Of a stretch of 64,000 nucleotides of DNA, positions 42,798 through 54,497 are shown piece after piece. The translations under genes were made by a program, and so were the position numbers. Origin of the DNA: Monocercomonoides exilis PA203 (Eukaryota > Protista > Preaxostyla); contig LSRY02000052.1 of assembly GCA_001643675.2 (NCBI GenBank), forward strand, positions 310,001-374,000, written 5' to 3'. The notes beneath the pieces were generated by a model. The model was not told where the DNA came from and searched no databases. It saw only the letters and a program-made list of their open reading frames with translations. Position 1 is the stretch's first letter; every line of letters starts with the position of its first letter.

Positions 42798-45005
42798 GAA
42801 TGGATGGATGGATGGATGAAGGGAGGGATGGATGGTGGTAAATATGATAATAGTTATGAAGTTCAGTATTAAATTTGTATGCAAAAGAATATTTTCAATA
42901 AAAATATACAAATATGAAATATTAATCGCCATTTGCCTGATAATTCTCCACTAAATGCACACCTCCTCTTCTTGTCGCAGCTGGAGAGTTGCTCAAAGAA
43001 ATCGACCTGCTTCTTCTCTGTCTGTTTCCTCCGTCATCGCCATTCCCACTCCCGTTCATTCTTCGTGTGTTCTGCCTGTTCCTCTGCTGCGTCTGGATCG
43101 GTGCAAGCACATCGCTCTTCTCTTCCCCTTCTTTCCTCTTCGTCTTCTTCGCCTGTTTATTTCTTTGTTGTTGTTGTTGTTGTTGTTGTGTGGTTGAGAA
43201 CATCCCAAGTGATGAATGCCTTCCATATCCTTCATTCACACCGGGTGAAGCAACAGAATAGAACGAGATCGCCCGGCGGTTCGGAGACGGAGACATTCTT
43301 CCTGCTCTCCTCCTTCCAGCAGACGGCAGCGTCGACAGAGAAGAAGAAAAGCCCAGTGAAGATTGCCTTCTTTCTGTGTCTCCTCGGCGCGTGTGCCGCA
43401 ACACTGGCTCGCATGACGCAGAACGCTGTTTGTACATCAGCCCATCCCCTCTTCTTTTGCTTCGCCTTCTGCCTTCTCTTCCTCCTTCTCTTCCTCCTTC
43501 TCTTCCTTCTTCAATTCCTTCTTCTCCTTCTTGCTCTTGCTCTTGTTCCTGCACCATCTCCATTCCTCTGCCATTCCCATTCCTCTCTCTCCCTCCTTCC
43601 AACGAGTCTGTCGTGCTGCTCCTATTCAGCGGCGAGTGTGTCCCGAACGACGACTTCGCCTGCCTCTGGCGCGGGTTCCTGTCTGTGTGCAGCTGGAGCA
43701 CTGTGCGCGAGGCAGAGGGGGAGAGAAAGGGGATGAGGATGGCTGGGATAATCGGCTGCGACTTGACTGTCGGCACCTGCCGCTGCAGAGGCGCCGATGA
43801 CGACTGCACACGGAGCCGCGCAGCACCCACGGAAGGCGTGGAGAAATCGGGGGAGAACAGCTTTGAGGAAGAGAGGGAAAGAGAAGAAGGTGAAGAAGTA
43901 AAAGAGGAGGAAGAGGAGGAAGTGTAGTTGGTGGCAGAGAGCGGGCTCTTCCGGTGCTTGGTGACTGACGGCGGAGACGGCGGCTCTGCTCCGAAAGCGT
44001 CTCTCCTCTGGCTCTCGCTGCGATTGAGCTCTTTAGGACTCGTCTTTGCGAGCGTGTTGCGCCTTCTCGTTTGAGGAGGGGTGTTCAGCGCATCTTCGTT
44101 TTTTCGCGCTTCGTGCTGGGCTGTGGCGATGTCTGAGCTGTAGTCCTCGTCAGCCTCTGGCCTGTCGTCTTTCTCTCCCGGCATCGCCTCGCTGTCTTCG
44201 TTCGCATCTGACTGGCTCTCAAAGCTGTCGCTCAGAGATGAAGGCATCTGCTTTGAGGGAGAATGGCCATCCTCTCTTGAAGGATTAGCTTTCTGCCTCT
44301 GTTTTCTCTGTAGCGGAGAATATAGAGGACTTTCAGGGCCCGTTGACGCTTGAGAAAACGTTAAGGAGCTACCTAGTACTCGCATTGCTGAAGAAGCTCG
44401 GGGACGTGGATTAGTAACATATGGAGAAGATGTCAAAGAAGGAGTGCTAGATGCAATCAACCCAACAAAGACCGCGGAATCTGGATTCAGATCTGTGGTT
44501 CTTTGCTTTTTACTCTCATTAAAGTGTTGCTGATTTGGTAAGTGTTTTTTTGGTTTCCAATTTTCGTCGTCACCAGAATTAAGCGGAGGGAAAAGGACTT
44601 GCTTGGGAGAATCCGATAGGCCAAAAATTTGCTCTGTCATCGCTTGCTGGGGTGCTTCGTCTAATCGTGTATTAATTTTTGGATGGGAAAATTTCAACAA
44701 TATGCGCTCCTTTGAAAGAGGAGGGAGAATTGAGAAATCTAAAAAAATAATCAATCAATAAAAAAGGTTCATGTTCCAATAATTACTCGTTTTCAATACC
44801 TTCTTCAAAAAATTCAGAGTGAGTTTTGCTTGCTTTGTGCAATGGAGGTGAATTGGAAGAGGCAGGAGATTTGTTATTCTAAATAAACATGTTATAAAAT
44901 AATTTATAAGCCTAAAAATCGTGCATTTTAAAAGCAAGCCTGAAACCGACCGGAATTTGTGTGCAAAGTTAATTTATTTTGTGATGGAGAATAGGTATCA
45001 ATCAT
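38723..45005 (-). CDS. Trichohyalin/reticulocyte-binding-like E/R/K-rich charged helical protein with a Ser-rich N-terminal part; 4 coding exons
   Basis: ATG at 45005, a GC-AG intron at 44939-44879, a short GT-AG intron, then intron 42962-42676 (G|AG = Glu) joining the 610-aa and 1311-aa ORFs. Confidence 0.8.
42700..42832. repeat. Compound intronic microsatellite (GAA)n(GAT)n(GTT)n(TGGA)n
   Basis: Seen directly; lies within intron 42676-42962. Confidence 0.9.
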
Positions 45006-45508
45006 TGTTGCACGCTTTTCATTATAAAATCAATGACAAAGATAAAGAAAGTGTCAAAGAAAAGGTCATGAAAAAAATAATAATTAAAATAATGATGTAA
45101 AAAATAATGCATACGATAAAACAAAGAATGGCCCGTCTCCTCTTGAATTCAAGAAAATGAAACGAAAATTATACCCATATTTTCAATAACATGGATCTAT
45201 CAAAAACCTTCTTCTTCATTTCAGATAACCTTTGTTTTTTTCATTTTTTTAATAAGTTAAAACGGATAAAAAATATCTTTTATTACAATATAATATGTTA
45301 GTGTGAAATTACTTCAATATTCCATAAAAAGTGATATATAAAATAGTTCAAATGCAAAGAAAATACTTCAACGAGAACAGTAAAGAAAGATAAACATTCA
45401 CTTGAATAGAAAAATCCTCTCAGATTGGGAAAAGATAAAGTGAAAAGAGAAATGATTGTTTTAATATTTAAAATCAATGTATCAAACAAAGAGCGTGAAG
45501 TAGAAGAA

Positions 45509-46308
45509 TTAGCCACAGCATCCTCCTTTAGCTGGCTTTGTTTCAGCCTGGACATCGACTGAAGATTGAATTGTATCGTCTTCAATGGTTTCTCGACTTA
45601 AAGCTGTTCTGGCAATATCCAAAAATGCTTGTTCGACGTTTGTGTTGTCTTTAGCTGAAGTCTCGAAATATGCCATGCTTCCCTTTGACCTGCACCATCC
45701 TTCAGCTTTCTTTGTAGATACAGTTCTTGATTCTTCAAGATCGGTCTTGTTTCCGAGAACAAGAAACGGGAAATGTTCAGGGTCTTGAGGCGAGCCCTGG
45801 AACAAAAATTCATCTTTCCAACCTTCTAAGTTGTCGAATGACTTCGCTCCTGTAACATCGAAAACAAGGACACATGCATCAGCACCACGATAGAATGCAA
45901 CTCCAAGAGATTGGAATCGTTCCAGACCAGCTAAAGTTTTCGTGAAATTATTTTAAACAGATAAATAAAAGTTTGACAGTAAATCCAATATTAATATTGA
46001 ACAATTCAAACAAACCTGTATCCCAGATTTGCATTGTAACTTGTCTACCATCAACAATAACTTCCTGAATGTGAGAAATATCAAACAAATTTTATGAGAA
46101 ATAAATGAAAAAAAAATCATTCATTGCATTTATTAAAAATAAATACTAAATAATTCAGTCAAACCTTTGTAAGGAAATCAGCGCCAATTGTTGCCTTGTA
46201 TTGTGAACTGAATTTGTGTTGAGCAAATTGATTAATCAAAGATGTTTTTCCGACGCCTGAATCACCAAGAACAATAACTTTTAACAATGCACGCTTTCTT
46301 GTCGACAT
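45509..46308 (-). CDS. RAB7: Rab7 GTPase, 204 aa, 3 exons (46308-46165, 46064-46016, 45930-45509)
   Basis: [24 protein letters not shown]...[14 protein letters not shown]...[22 protein letters not shown]...[11 protein letters not shown]...FETSAK...GGCCG. Rab7-specific motifs and a C-terminal di-Cys prenylation signal. Confidence 0.96.
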
Positions 46309-46639
46309 TTCAACAGATTTCTTAAAGATGCTGATCTGATATCTTCGTTTGGGGAATATTTATTCCGATATATTATGGTTGGAGATGAGATTATTCAAAT
46401 ATCATTCAATGAAAAAAAAGATATTTTTTCTTCGTTAATAAAAACATGTAATTCTTATGATAACAAGTATCTTTTCATTTGTGATAAAATTAACATTACG
46501 AACAAATTAAAATCAAATCTTTTAAAAAGCTTAAACTGCAAATGCCTTAAATCATTTCCTCACAAACAAAGTGTTTTCGGAAACACAGGAAAAGTTAAGA
46601 CAAAGCAAAAATAAACAAAAAAATTCAAAAATCATCAAA

Positions 46640-46960
46640 TTAAAAGTACATTGAAAAATGGCTAAAAAAATGCCTTTGATAAAATGAGAATGAATACATA
46701 TGTTTAATCGCTTTAAATGAGTAGAAGCGCATTGGCAGAGCAGCAGTCGCTTCATTTCGCAATGTTTCCCAACTTATTCTTTGCCAGAGCGTTCCTCGCA
46801 TCTGAAGAAGACCTAGGCATCGCTCATCAGCTGCATTCAAACAGAGGGATCGGAATGCTTCGAATGAGAATGTTGTGAATTGGCACAGAAAATCAGCTGC
46901 CATTTTCAGCTGCTCCAGCAAAACAGCCTCCCCGTCTGTCATCTTATACTCTTTCTCCAT
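46640..46960 (-). CDS. Possible short coding segment just downstream of the TRIM37-like stop
   Basis: 106-codon ORF with coding-like GC in its first part. It is out of frame with the upstream gene and no clean splice join was found. Confidence 0.25.
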   Translation of the reverse strand: MEKEYKMTDGEAVLLEQLKMAADFLCQFTTFSFEAFRSLCLNAADERCLGLLQMRGTLWQRISWETLRNEATAALPMRFYSFKAIKHMYSFSFYQRHFFSHFSMYF

Positions 46961-46997
46961 TTCTTCTGTGTTCTGCTAACCTTTTCTGTTTTTATTT

Positions 46998-48186
46998 TTA
47001 TGGTTTTGAGGCAAACTGAGCTGAAGCAGATGGAACTGATGCAAAAGCAGGCGGTGCTGAAGCCTTGGCAGATGGCGAAGACGCGGGCGATGCTGCTGAA
47101 GTGGCTGCAGTTGATTTTGAAGCATCGTTTGAAGAAGGCCTCGAAAGCACCCTCGGCTTCGCCTTCGATGCTGGAATCGGAGAGGACTTGTGGGCAGAGA
47201 CAGGAAGAGCAGGCAGAGCAGGCAGAGAGGCAGTGGCTGTACTTGAAGCCAGCTTCGGGGCGCTGCTCGGAGAAGAAATTGGGCTTGAAGACGGTGTTGA
47301 AGATGGCGTTGAAGCAGAAGCTGCAGCCGTGTTTGTAGCTGAGGGCGCATTTGACGCTGAAGCCACACGTTTCAGAGGGGTAAAGGGTGCTTTTGGTTTT
47401 GGCTTGGGACTTTCAGCAGTGCCCTCACTTGACAAGAGAGCGTTTTTCCTCTCGTCTTTCGTCTGCATTTTTTGGTTCATCGCCATTGTAAGCTCGTCAG
47501 ACAGCTGTTTGTAGCTGCGGCAGCGCACTCCAAACGAAAAGGACACTTTTTCAGATGAGCTGGCGCTCGAAATAATTCCTTTTTCAACCATCTCTGAACT
47601 GTTGGTGAATTCAGCGATTGTTATCGAAGAATTGCTGCTTTTGTGAACGCCGCCTGAATGAGCAAAAGAACCAGAAGAAGAAGAGGAAGAGGAAGAGGAA
47701 GAGGAAGAAGAAGAAGAAGAAGCAAATCGAGAAATGCCACTGTGCACAATGCAGTTTGCAGGAGATGCTGTGGCCAGTAAATCCTGTGACGAAGCAAAGA
47801 GGGCAGGGAGCTCTCCTGGCCTGTGCATGTAAATCGTCCAGTGGTAGACAAAAGGCTCAGTGAATGAGAAGTTCTCATCTGATGCTTGCGGAGCATCCGA
47901 AGACGCCGATGCCTTTGAGGCAGCACGCGGCTGTGCAGATGTTAGGCGTCTCGCTGGCGGTGGAGAAAGGATTGGTCTTCTTCCTGTTGTTGCTTCTCTT
48001 GCTTGGCAGTGCTGCTGCTCTTCATGCAAAGCGTTGTCTGCCAATTCAAGCGCAACCTGGACGTTGTACTCATCTTTGACAGATGCTGCATTCAAAGTGA
48101 CATGGAGCTTCCACTTGTGCAGCAGCGGTGCCTGTTCAAACAACTGAGATGAGAAAACAATGTTCCAGTTTTCAGAAGGAGAAGGA

Positions 48187-48224
<38 letters not shown>

Positions 48225-49445
48225 CAATTCTGAAGGTGGAGATAGAGTTAGCGTGAGGGCATGGGCAAATGTGGAAAATGGAGGAATGAGTAGAGAAGTG
48301 AGAGTCGACTGAGATGACCGTGAAGAAGAAGGGGAAGAAGAGGAAGAAGAGGAGGAGGAAGAGGAAGAAGAAGAAGAAGACGATAAAGCACCAGATATCT
48401 GAAATGGAGTAGAAGTTGACTTTTTTGGATCTGCAGTGGGTCTCTGTCCTTGTGAAGAAAAATTGGATTCGTGTTCTTTAAAATAACGCAGACGTCTTTC
48501 AAAAAGTCGAGACATTGTCAATTTCTATAATTAAGCATTTTTGTATTTCATTTATAGCAAAAATTAAGGAATAATGGCGTAATTAAGAAAAATGTAAAAG
48601 TTAAGCAAATAAAAATCTTCTTATAATTTGGTATAAATTATGTAAACAAAACTTCCTTTCCTTTAGTTATTAATTCCTCTCGTTTCGAAAGCAATGATTG
48701 AGGATTATGCTGCTTTTTCACTTCAGATTGAACATCTTCAAAAGAAGAACTCAGATTCAACAAATTTTCTTCTAATTCTCTTGCTTTATGAGTTAAAAAC
48801 ATAATGTTTTTCAACTTTCTTTCTTCTCTCAGTTGTTTATCTTCTTTAAAAAGAAGTGTTATTTCTTTGTCATCTTGAAAAAATTCATCTTCAATGTTTT
48901 GTGTTCTTAAACTCATCTCTTTCTTTATTTGATTTAACTCATCGATTCGATTGAATAAATTATCACTTAAGTTAAGCAAGTCTAGCTTGCATTGTTCAAC
49001 AGCTTCCGCGGAAGAAACAATTTCGTGCTGTTTATGTGTTCCTCCTAAAACCGCACAATCAGCGCAAACTGCAGTTTTGCAAGTCAAGCAAAAATATTCA
49101 CGTGTTTTTGTTGGATGAAATTTGCACGCAAATGAACTTTCTATTTTGTTTTCTTTCAAATTTTTCATTTTCTTTAAATATGTGTCAAAAGATTGACTTT
49201 AAAAAGAAATAGCTTGTACATTATCATGAACATACTTCATTGATATTTTTTGATAATCTTTCAATGTGCACATAATCGCGTATTGCAACGTGTTTGCGGC
49301 AATAAGGACAAAAGTTCATTTTTCCAAGCCACTCTTTTATACATGAAAAGCAAAATACATGGGTGCAACAATTTGCAATAACTGGATCTTCAGCTTCGCA
49401 TAAGCATATTGCACATAAAAATAAATCATTATCAATGTCATCCAT
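46998..49445 (-). CDS. RING/B-box/coiled-coil/MATH-like E3 ligase, TRIM37-like; 3 exons
   Basis: RING CAIC...CCTHVFCFSCIKEWL...CPYCR, B-box CKFH...YFCLTC..AVCADCAVLGGTHKQH, then a coiled coil. Insert-interrupted MATH-like strands follow (VFSSQL, WKLHV, VQVALEL, KGII, VSFSFGVRCRSY). Both introns are phase 0. Confidence 0.78.
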
Positions 49446-49845
49446 AAATATTTTTGATTTTTATCAAAATGATAAATAAAATAATAATAATGGGAACATT
49501 TTTGATTCGATTAACATTCAGATGCAAGCGAACGAAAGAACCTTTTTTCAAATAATGTTTTTCTCTCCTCCAATCAAGAGTGTTTCTTTCTTTGCAATTC
49601 CGAAATTAAAGAAATAATAATTCTTGTGTTAAAAATAATATTTAATTTGATGTATTCAAGGCTTATGAAACTTTAAAAAGGAAAACTTACAAAAACATTA
49701 TTCTTAATTCACAGCGCATCTGTTTAAACAAATGACAAACAAAGGATTTTGTTCCAAAATCGAAGAAAAATTGAAGAAATTATGTAACGAAAAACAATTT
49801 TCAAAAACTGAATAGAAATTATGAATTACTGAAAATAGAAGATTT

Positions 49846-50808
49846 TTAGCATCCTCCATATCCACAACTGGACGATCTGCAGCTTCCTCCATTTCCGCAG
49901 CATCCACGAGAGTTGCAGTTCATTCCAGCAGCATTGCTATAGCAGTTGTTGGCATTTCCACATGCACGGTTTCCAGCAATCTGGCGTGATCCAGCGCACA
50001 TGTTTGCATGGCCCATATCATAGCAATCGTTTCCTGTGCTGCATGCTTCGTTTGAACGACGGATCAAGAATTCATCTGCGCATTTTTGAGCATAGGCACG
50101 GTCACCATGAGCGCGCATGGTGTCAGCATTCATGTGAGCACCATTTGCTGATCCACAAACTGCTCCTTGGTTGTATCCACAGTTTCTGTTTCCTGCTCCG
50201 TAACAGTTAGCTGAATTTCCATTGGCATATCCGGCTCCGTGTCTTCCTTCAGTAGCTGATGTTTGCCCATACATACGTGGGGATTGGCACATGTTTCCGT
50301 AGTTACCAAATCCTCCGCCCATTCCATTGAATCCTAAACCATTGCATCCCATTCCATTGAATCCCATTCCATTGAATCCCATTCCATTGCAGCCATTGGA
50401 ACCCATTCCGTTGCATCCATTGAATCCCTGTTGGCATCCACCGAACATTGGACCAAATCCACCGCAGGCACCCATTCCGCATGGAGATCCGCAGGCGCAC
50501 AATTCATAGCAGCATCCGTCTGGGTAGCAGCTTGATCCACAGCACATTTCCTCCATATCATCATCGGACAATTCAGAGCCAGACAAGAATCCCATTCCGC
50601 CATATCCTAATCCTCCATATCCTAATCCTCCATATCCCATTCCTCCATATCCCATTCCTCCATATCCCATTCCTCCATATCCCATTCCACCGTAACCCAT
50701 TCCACCATATCCCATTCCTCCATATCCCATTCCGCCAAGTCCTCCCATACCGCCCCAGAACTGAGCAGTCAATGCAGCAAGTGAAAGAAGTCCAACAAAG
50801 AATTTCAT
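49846..50808 (-). CDS. Secreted Gly/Cys/Asn/Met-rich repeat protein (GGMGY and GxNGM repeats), intronless
   Basis: ATG at 50808 starts a signal-peptide-like MKFFVGLLSLAALTAQ. About 9 GG(M/L)GY units are encoded by 15-nt tandem repeats, with Cys clusters. Confidence 0.85.
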   Translation of the reverse strand: MKFFVGLLSLAALTAQFWGGMGGLGGMGYGGMGYGGMGYGGMGYGGMGYGGMGYGGMGYGGLGYGGLGYGGMGFLSGSELSDDDMEEMCCGSSCYPDGCCYELCACGSPCGMGACGGFGPMFGGCQQGFNGCNGMGSNGCNGMGFNGMGFNGMGCNGLGFNGMGGGFGNYGNMCQSPRMYGQTSATEGRHGAGYANGNSANCYGAGNRNCGYNQGAVCGSANGAHMNADTMRAHGDRAYAQKCADEFLIRRSNEACSTGNDCYDMGHANMCAGSRQIAGNRACGNANNCYSNAAGMNCNSRGCCGNGGSCRSSSCGYGGC

Positions 50809-51182
50809 TTTCAGCAAATGAATATGAATTTCAACAACAAGCAAAATGCAATGAAAATCAATTAAATTTTAATATTTAAACAGATTTATCAAATCAATTT
50901 ACAGTTTAGACATGAACAAAAAATCATTAACGCTCAAATCAATAATTAATAAATTTTTGATGGGATGAAGATCACAATTTCTATAAATGTTAAACACAGT
51001 TTCATCATTCTTTTAGTTTTATCAATTTCACCAAAAAATGCACAAAAGTTTGTTAGTGGTTACAAATTGTTTGCAAAAAAAACAAATTTTCACAAAAAAT
51101 AATTTCAAAATTTTGTTCTTCATTCAATTTAAATTTTGCATTTACCCAAAAACGAGTGAGAAATAAATTTATATGACTTAAT

Positions 51183-51223
<41 letters not shown>

Positions 51224-51624
51224 AAAAAAAAACTTGAAGTTACATATTTTCCCCTAATTGTTCAAATCAGATGAAAATTTTAAGTTCCCATCAAAAGATT
51301 TTGAAGTTTTGATATTTTCACAATCATTCACAACCCAAAAAACTACATTTCATCATATTCAAAAAAATCTGATTCAATGAGTATAACATACTACTCTATC
51401 AATTGAAAAAACAAAATAAAACATTTGTATACGAAAACCAAATCGGTTAATTTTTATGTTTTTAGAGAAACATGAAATTTAAAGAAAATGAAAATAATAT
51501 AGTGAAGTGAATAAAATAAAGAACTATGCGCAAAAGAAAAAATAATCTTCATTGCATGTCAAAAAACACGATATACCAAGCAAGAAAGTGAAATCATTAA
51601 AAAACAAGTTTTCAAAAAAACAAC

Positions 51625-52566
51625 TTATTTTGAAGAGCATCCACAGCAAAAATGAGATTTTGGTCCATGAAAAGAACGCGAAGTGGTTTCAAACGGAGCA
51701 GATGGGCCAACAAGAAGCTTGCTATCTTGAGGCTTATAAATATGCTTGTCATCTGGACAACCAGGATCTTTGTAAGTTTCTCTTGCTGTGGATTCCAACC
51801 TTCCAAGAGGACCTGCAGATTCTGGAACACCTTTAAAAGCTCTTTCTCTTGTAGGATAATCATCAGATGATGGACTTTTAAATGTTCCGCGTGTTGTTGT
51901 AGTAAAATCTGTAGGGCGAGTTCCCAAAGGTTGTGTTGAACTCTTAAAAGGCAATGATCGTTCAGTAGGCTCTCCAAGGTAATTTGTTCTGTACTCTGTA
52001 TCAAAAAGTCCAGGAGGAGATGATCTGGCCTTTGTTTCTCCTGGGCCCACAGACGGACTATACAAATCTTCGCTTGGCTTGATGTATGTTTGCCTATATG
52101 TTGTATCGAATTTTCCAGGTTCTGATTTCATTGGAGAATTAAAAGAACGTACACGAGCAGGATAATCAGCTGAAGACGGAGCCTTATAAGAATCTCTCGT
52201 CATTGTGTGAGGATCAAATGGTTCGCTACCCTTCCAAGAACGAGACTTAGCCAATGGCTCATGATCAACTTGTTTTGGAGTGTATTGGCGTTTCATTTCG
52301 GTTGCCATAGGAACCAAGCTGGGATCGGTTCCTAAGTTATCTGTTGGACGATACCCACGAGACGTTGGATAATCTTCATCACTTGGAGGCTTGTGAAAAC
52401 CTCTGCTCGTTGTGTTGAATGCATCAGGGTCATATGGCATAGTTTTTGAAGATTTTGGTTGTTCTTTTCCATGGCACAAACAGTCGCATTTATGTGCGCA
52501 TGTGCAGGGATAGTAAGGAGGACAAAGAGGAACAAGATCACAAGTTTTTGGCATAACGGTTTTCAT
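51625..52566 (-). CDS. SAXO/STOP-like axonemal microtubule-stabilising protein
   Basis: Cys-rich N-terminus (CTCAHKCDCLCH) and ~30-35-aa-spaced Mn-type motifs (FNTTSRGFH, TEMKRQY, TMTRDSY, FDTTYRQTY, FDTEYRTNY, FTTTTRGTF, STARETY, FETTSRSFH). Confidence 0.72.
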   Translation of the reverse strand: MKTVMPKTCDLVPLCPPYYPCTCAHKCDCLCHGKEQPKSSKTMPYDPDAFNTTSRGFHKPPSDEDYPTSRGYRPTDNLGTDPSLVPMATEMKRQYTPKQVDHEPLAKSRSWKGSEPFDPHTMTRDSYKAPSSADYPARVRSFNSPMKSEPGKFDTTYRQTYIKPSEDLYSPSVGPGETKARSSPPGLFDTEYRTNYLGEPTERSLPFKSSTQPLGTRPTDFTTTTRGTFKSPSSDDYPTRERAFKGVPESAGPLGRLESTARETYKDPGCPDDKHIYKPQDSKLLVGPSAPFETTSRSFHGPKSHFCCGCSSK

Positions 52567-52925
52567 AGCCCATACTATTTTTTTCGAAAAGTTGAACGAT
52601 AAAAAAATTATTGTAATTGATTTGTTTTTTAAAATTGAGCAATAATCATTTATCGCAAATCATGTTAATGATTATTGTTGGCCTTTTTGATCTTAACCAA
52701 TTTTCAATTATTAAACCAAATATTAATGTCTAACGTATATCTTGTTATTTTAGAAGATTTTGATTAACCTTTTCATGCCAATATATTTATAATTTATTGC
52801 ACTTTTTGTGGTGTAAATGTTTATTTTTCCATTGCATTTCTTGGTAGTTTCCGCGATCTGGATCAAGACGAGGTAGTAGCGCTTGGGACACAAATCAACC
52901 TTCGTTTCCATCATTCGACGAAGTT

Positions 52926-54279
52926 ATGTCAGATGATTCATTTTCAACTGCTCCTCCGTTTTTTGGGCATCGTTCGAGATCTTCTGGTTTTTCTGAATCT
53001 CTTCCCCATGATCCTAATTCTGCATTCACTCGACCAACTGCTTCATATTCTAATTCATTTCCAGAGCCCTCGTCTTCTAGAACATCTCAGTCTTCTTCTA
53101 CAAATATGTTTAATGTTATGGGGTCATTAGGACATGCGGCCTTGCCTCAGTTTTTTGGAGGAGCATCCGGAGAGGCTTTTTTCCAGACTGCAACATCCAC
53201 TCTTCAATCTCAAACTGAACGTGCTAAAAAAGATGTAAATTCTAGACTCCGCCCATATTTTGCCGTCAATAACACTTTTGTCATCAATAAGTTAAAGATT
53301 CTTTCATTTCCTTTTTTGAAAAAAGATTGGTCAAGAAAAAAGGTTCACGTTGATGGAAATCCTTATGGTATGCATATCATTTACTATTATTGTATCTGTT
53401 ATTATCATTAAATTTCTATTTACAAGGTTCCCCCGCATCAGCCAATGATAATACAATTTACTCGCATCCTCGTGATGATATCAATTCACCTGATCTTTAC
53501 ATTCCATTAACTGCAACTTTGACATTTGTTCTTGTTGTATGCAAATTTTTAATATTTATGGAAATCATATTTTCATTCTCTTCTCACTTAATTTTATAAA
53601 TATTTTTCAAACTTTGTATTTCTATGAAATTGCCAATCTTTTTCATATGAAATTAAGATTGCTTTATTTTATGGAATTCAATCACAATTTCACCCAGAAG
53701 TTATTTTGCAAGTCGGAGGCACCTGCATCGGAACGATCATATTGGAGTCAATTCTGAACCTTTTTATATCGTATCTGTTTTCTTCCTCATTCACTTGGTC
53801 CATATTAGGCACTTTGGATGTGGTTGCAAATACATCATATATATTTGTGGGGCTTGCTTTGGGAGTCCTTCTATTTTTGCTCAAAAAAGAACTTTCATTT
53901 CTTGTTTTGGGGTATTATTTGAGTGCTTACTGCTATTTTATGGTTTGTTCAATTTTGCTTCTATATTAAAATGTGATTTTTTGAAATATGGAATATTTTC
54001 TTTCTTCTGTGATTTTCATGAATAAATTCTCTTTATCACATACTGCCAATCATATATGCTGTTATTCTTCAATATCTGCTGCTTTACAAATATGATTGCA
54101 AATGATATTTGATTATGGATTCTTTCCAGTACAAAACATCTCTATCTCAAATGAGAGATGACAGAGCAGAAGCAAGCAACAATAAGCGACAGCATCTTGG
54201 AGCACTGATTATTGCTGCCGTTCAAGTACCTGGCGCGCTTCTTACACTCTTTTTTTCACTTCCACATAGTCACAACTAG
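52926..54279 (+). CDS. YIF1: Yif1 (Yip1-interacting factor) ER-Golgi membrane protein, 4 exons
   Basis: LRPYFAVNNTFVINKLKILSFPF..KDWSR and PRDDINSPDLYIPL...LTFVL are Yif1 signatures, followed by TM segments. Three GT-AG introns join in frame. Confidence 0.9.
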
Positions 54280-54497
54280 AAATTTCCTCTAATTTGATAC
54301 CAAACTTGATATCTTTCACATTTGATTTTTTGTTTGCGATTTTGCAAACATATACTTCCTCTGAAATCACTCATTTACCAATTTTATTTTTTCATTTCAC
54401 TTTATGCGTTTCAATTCGATAAAAATGAAATTCTGTTATTTTGATGTGAGATTGTTATTATTTATATATTGGATTAGATCAATAAAGATCAAAATTT

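Noticed and set aside
52840-52925. GC-richer patch upstream of Yif1 as a tRNA or ncRNA
   Set aside because: No cloverleaf or A/B boxes; more simply a promoter or 5' UTR.
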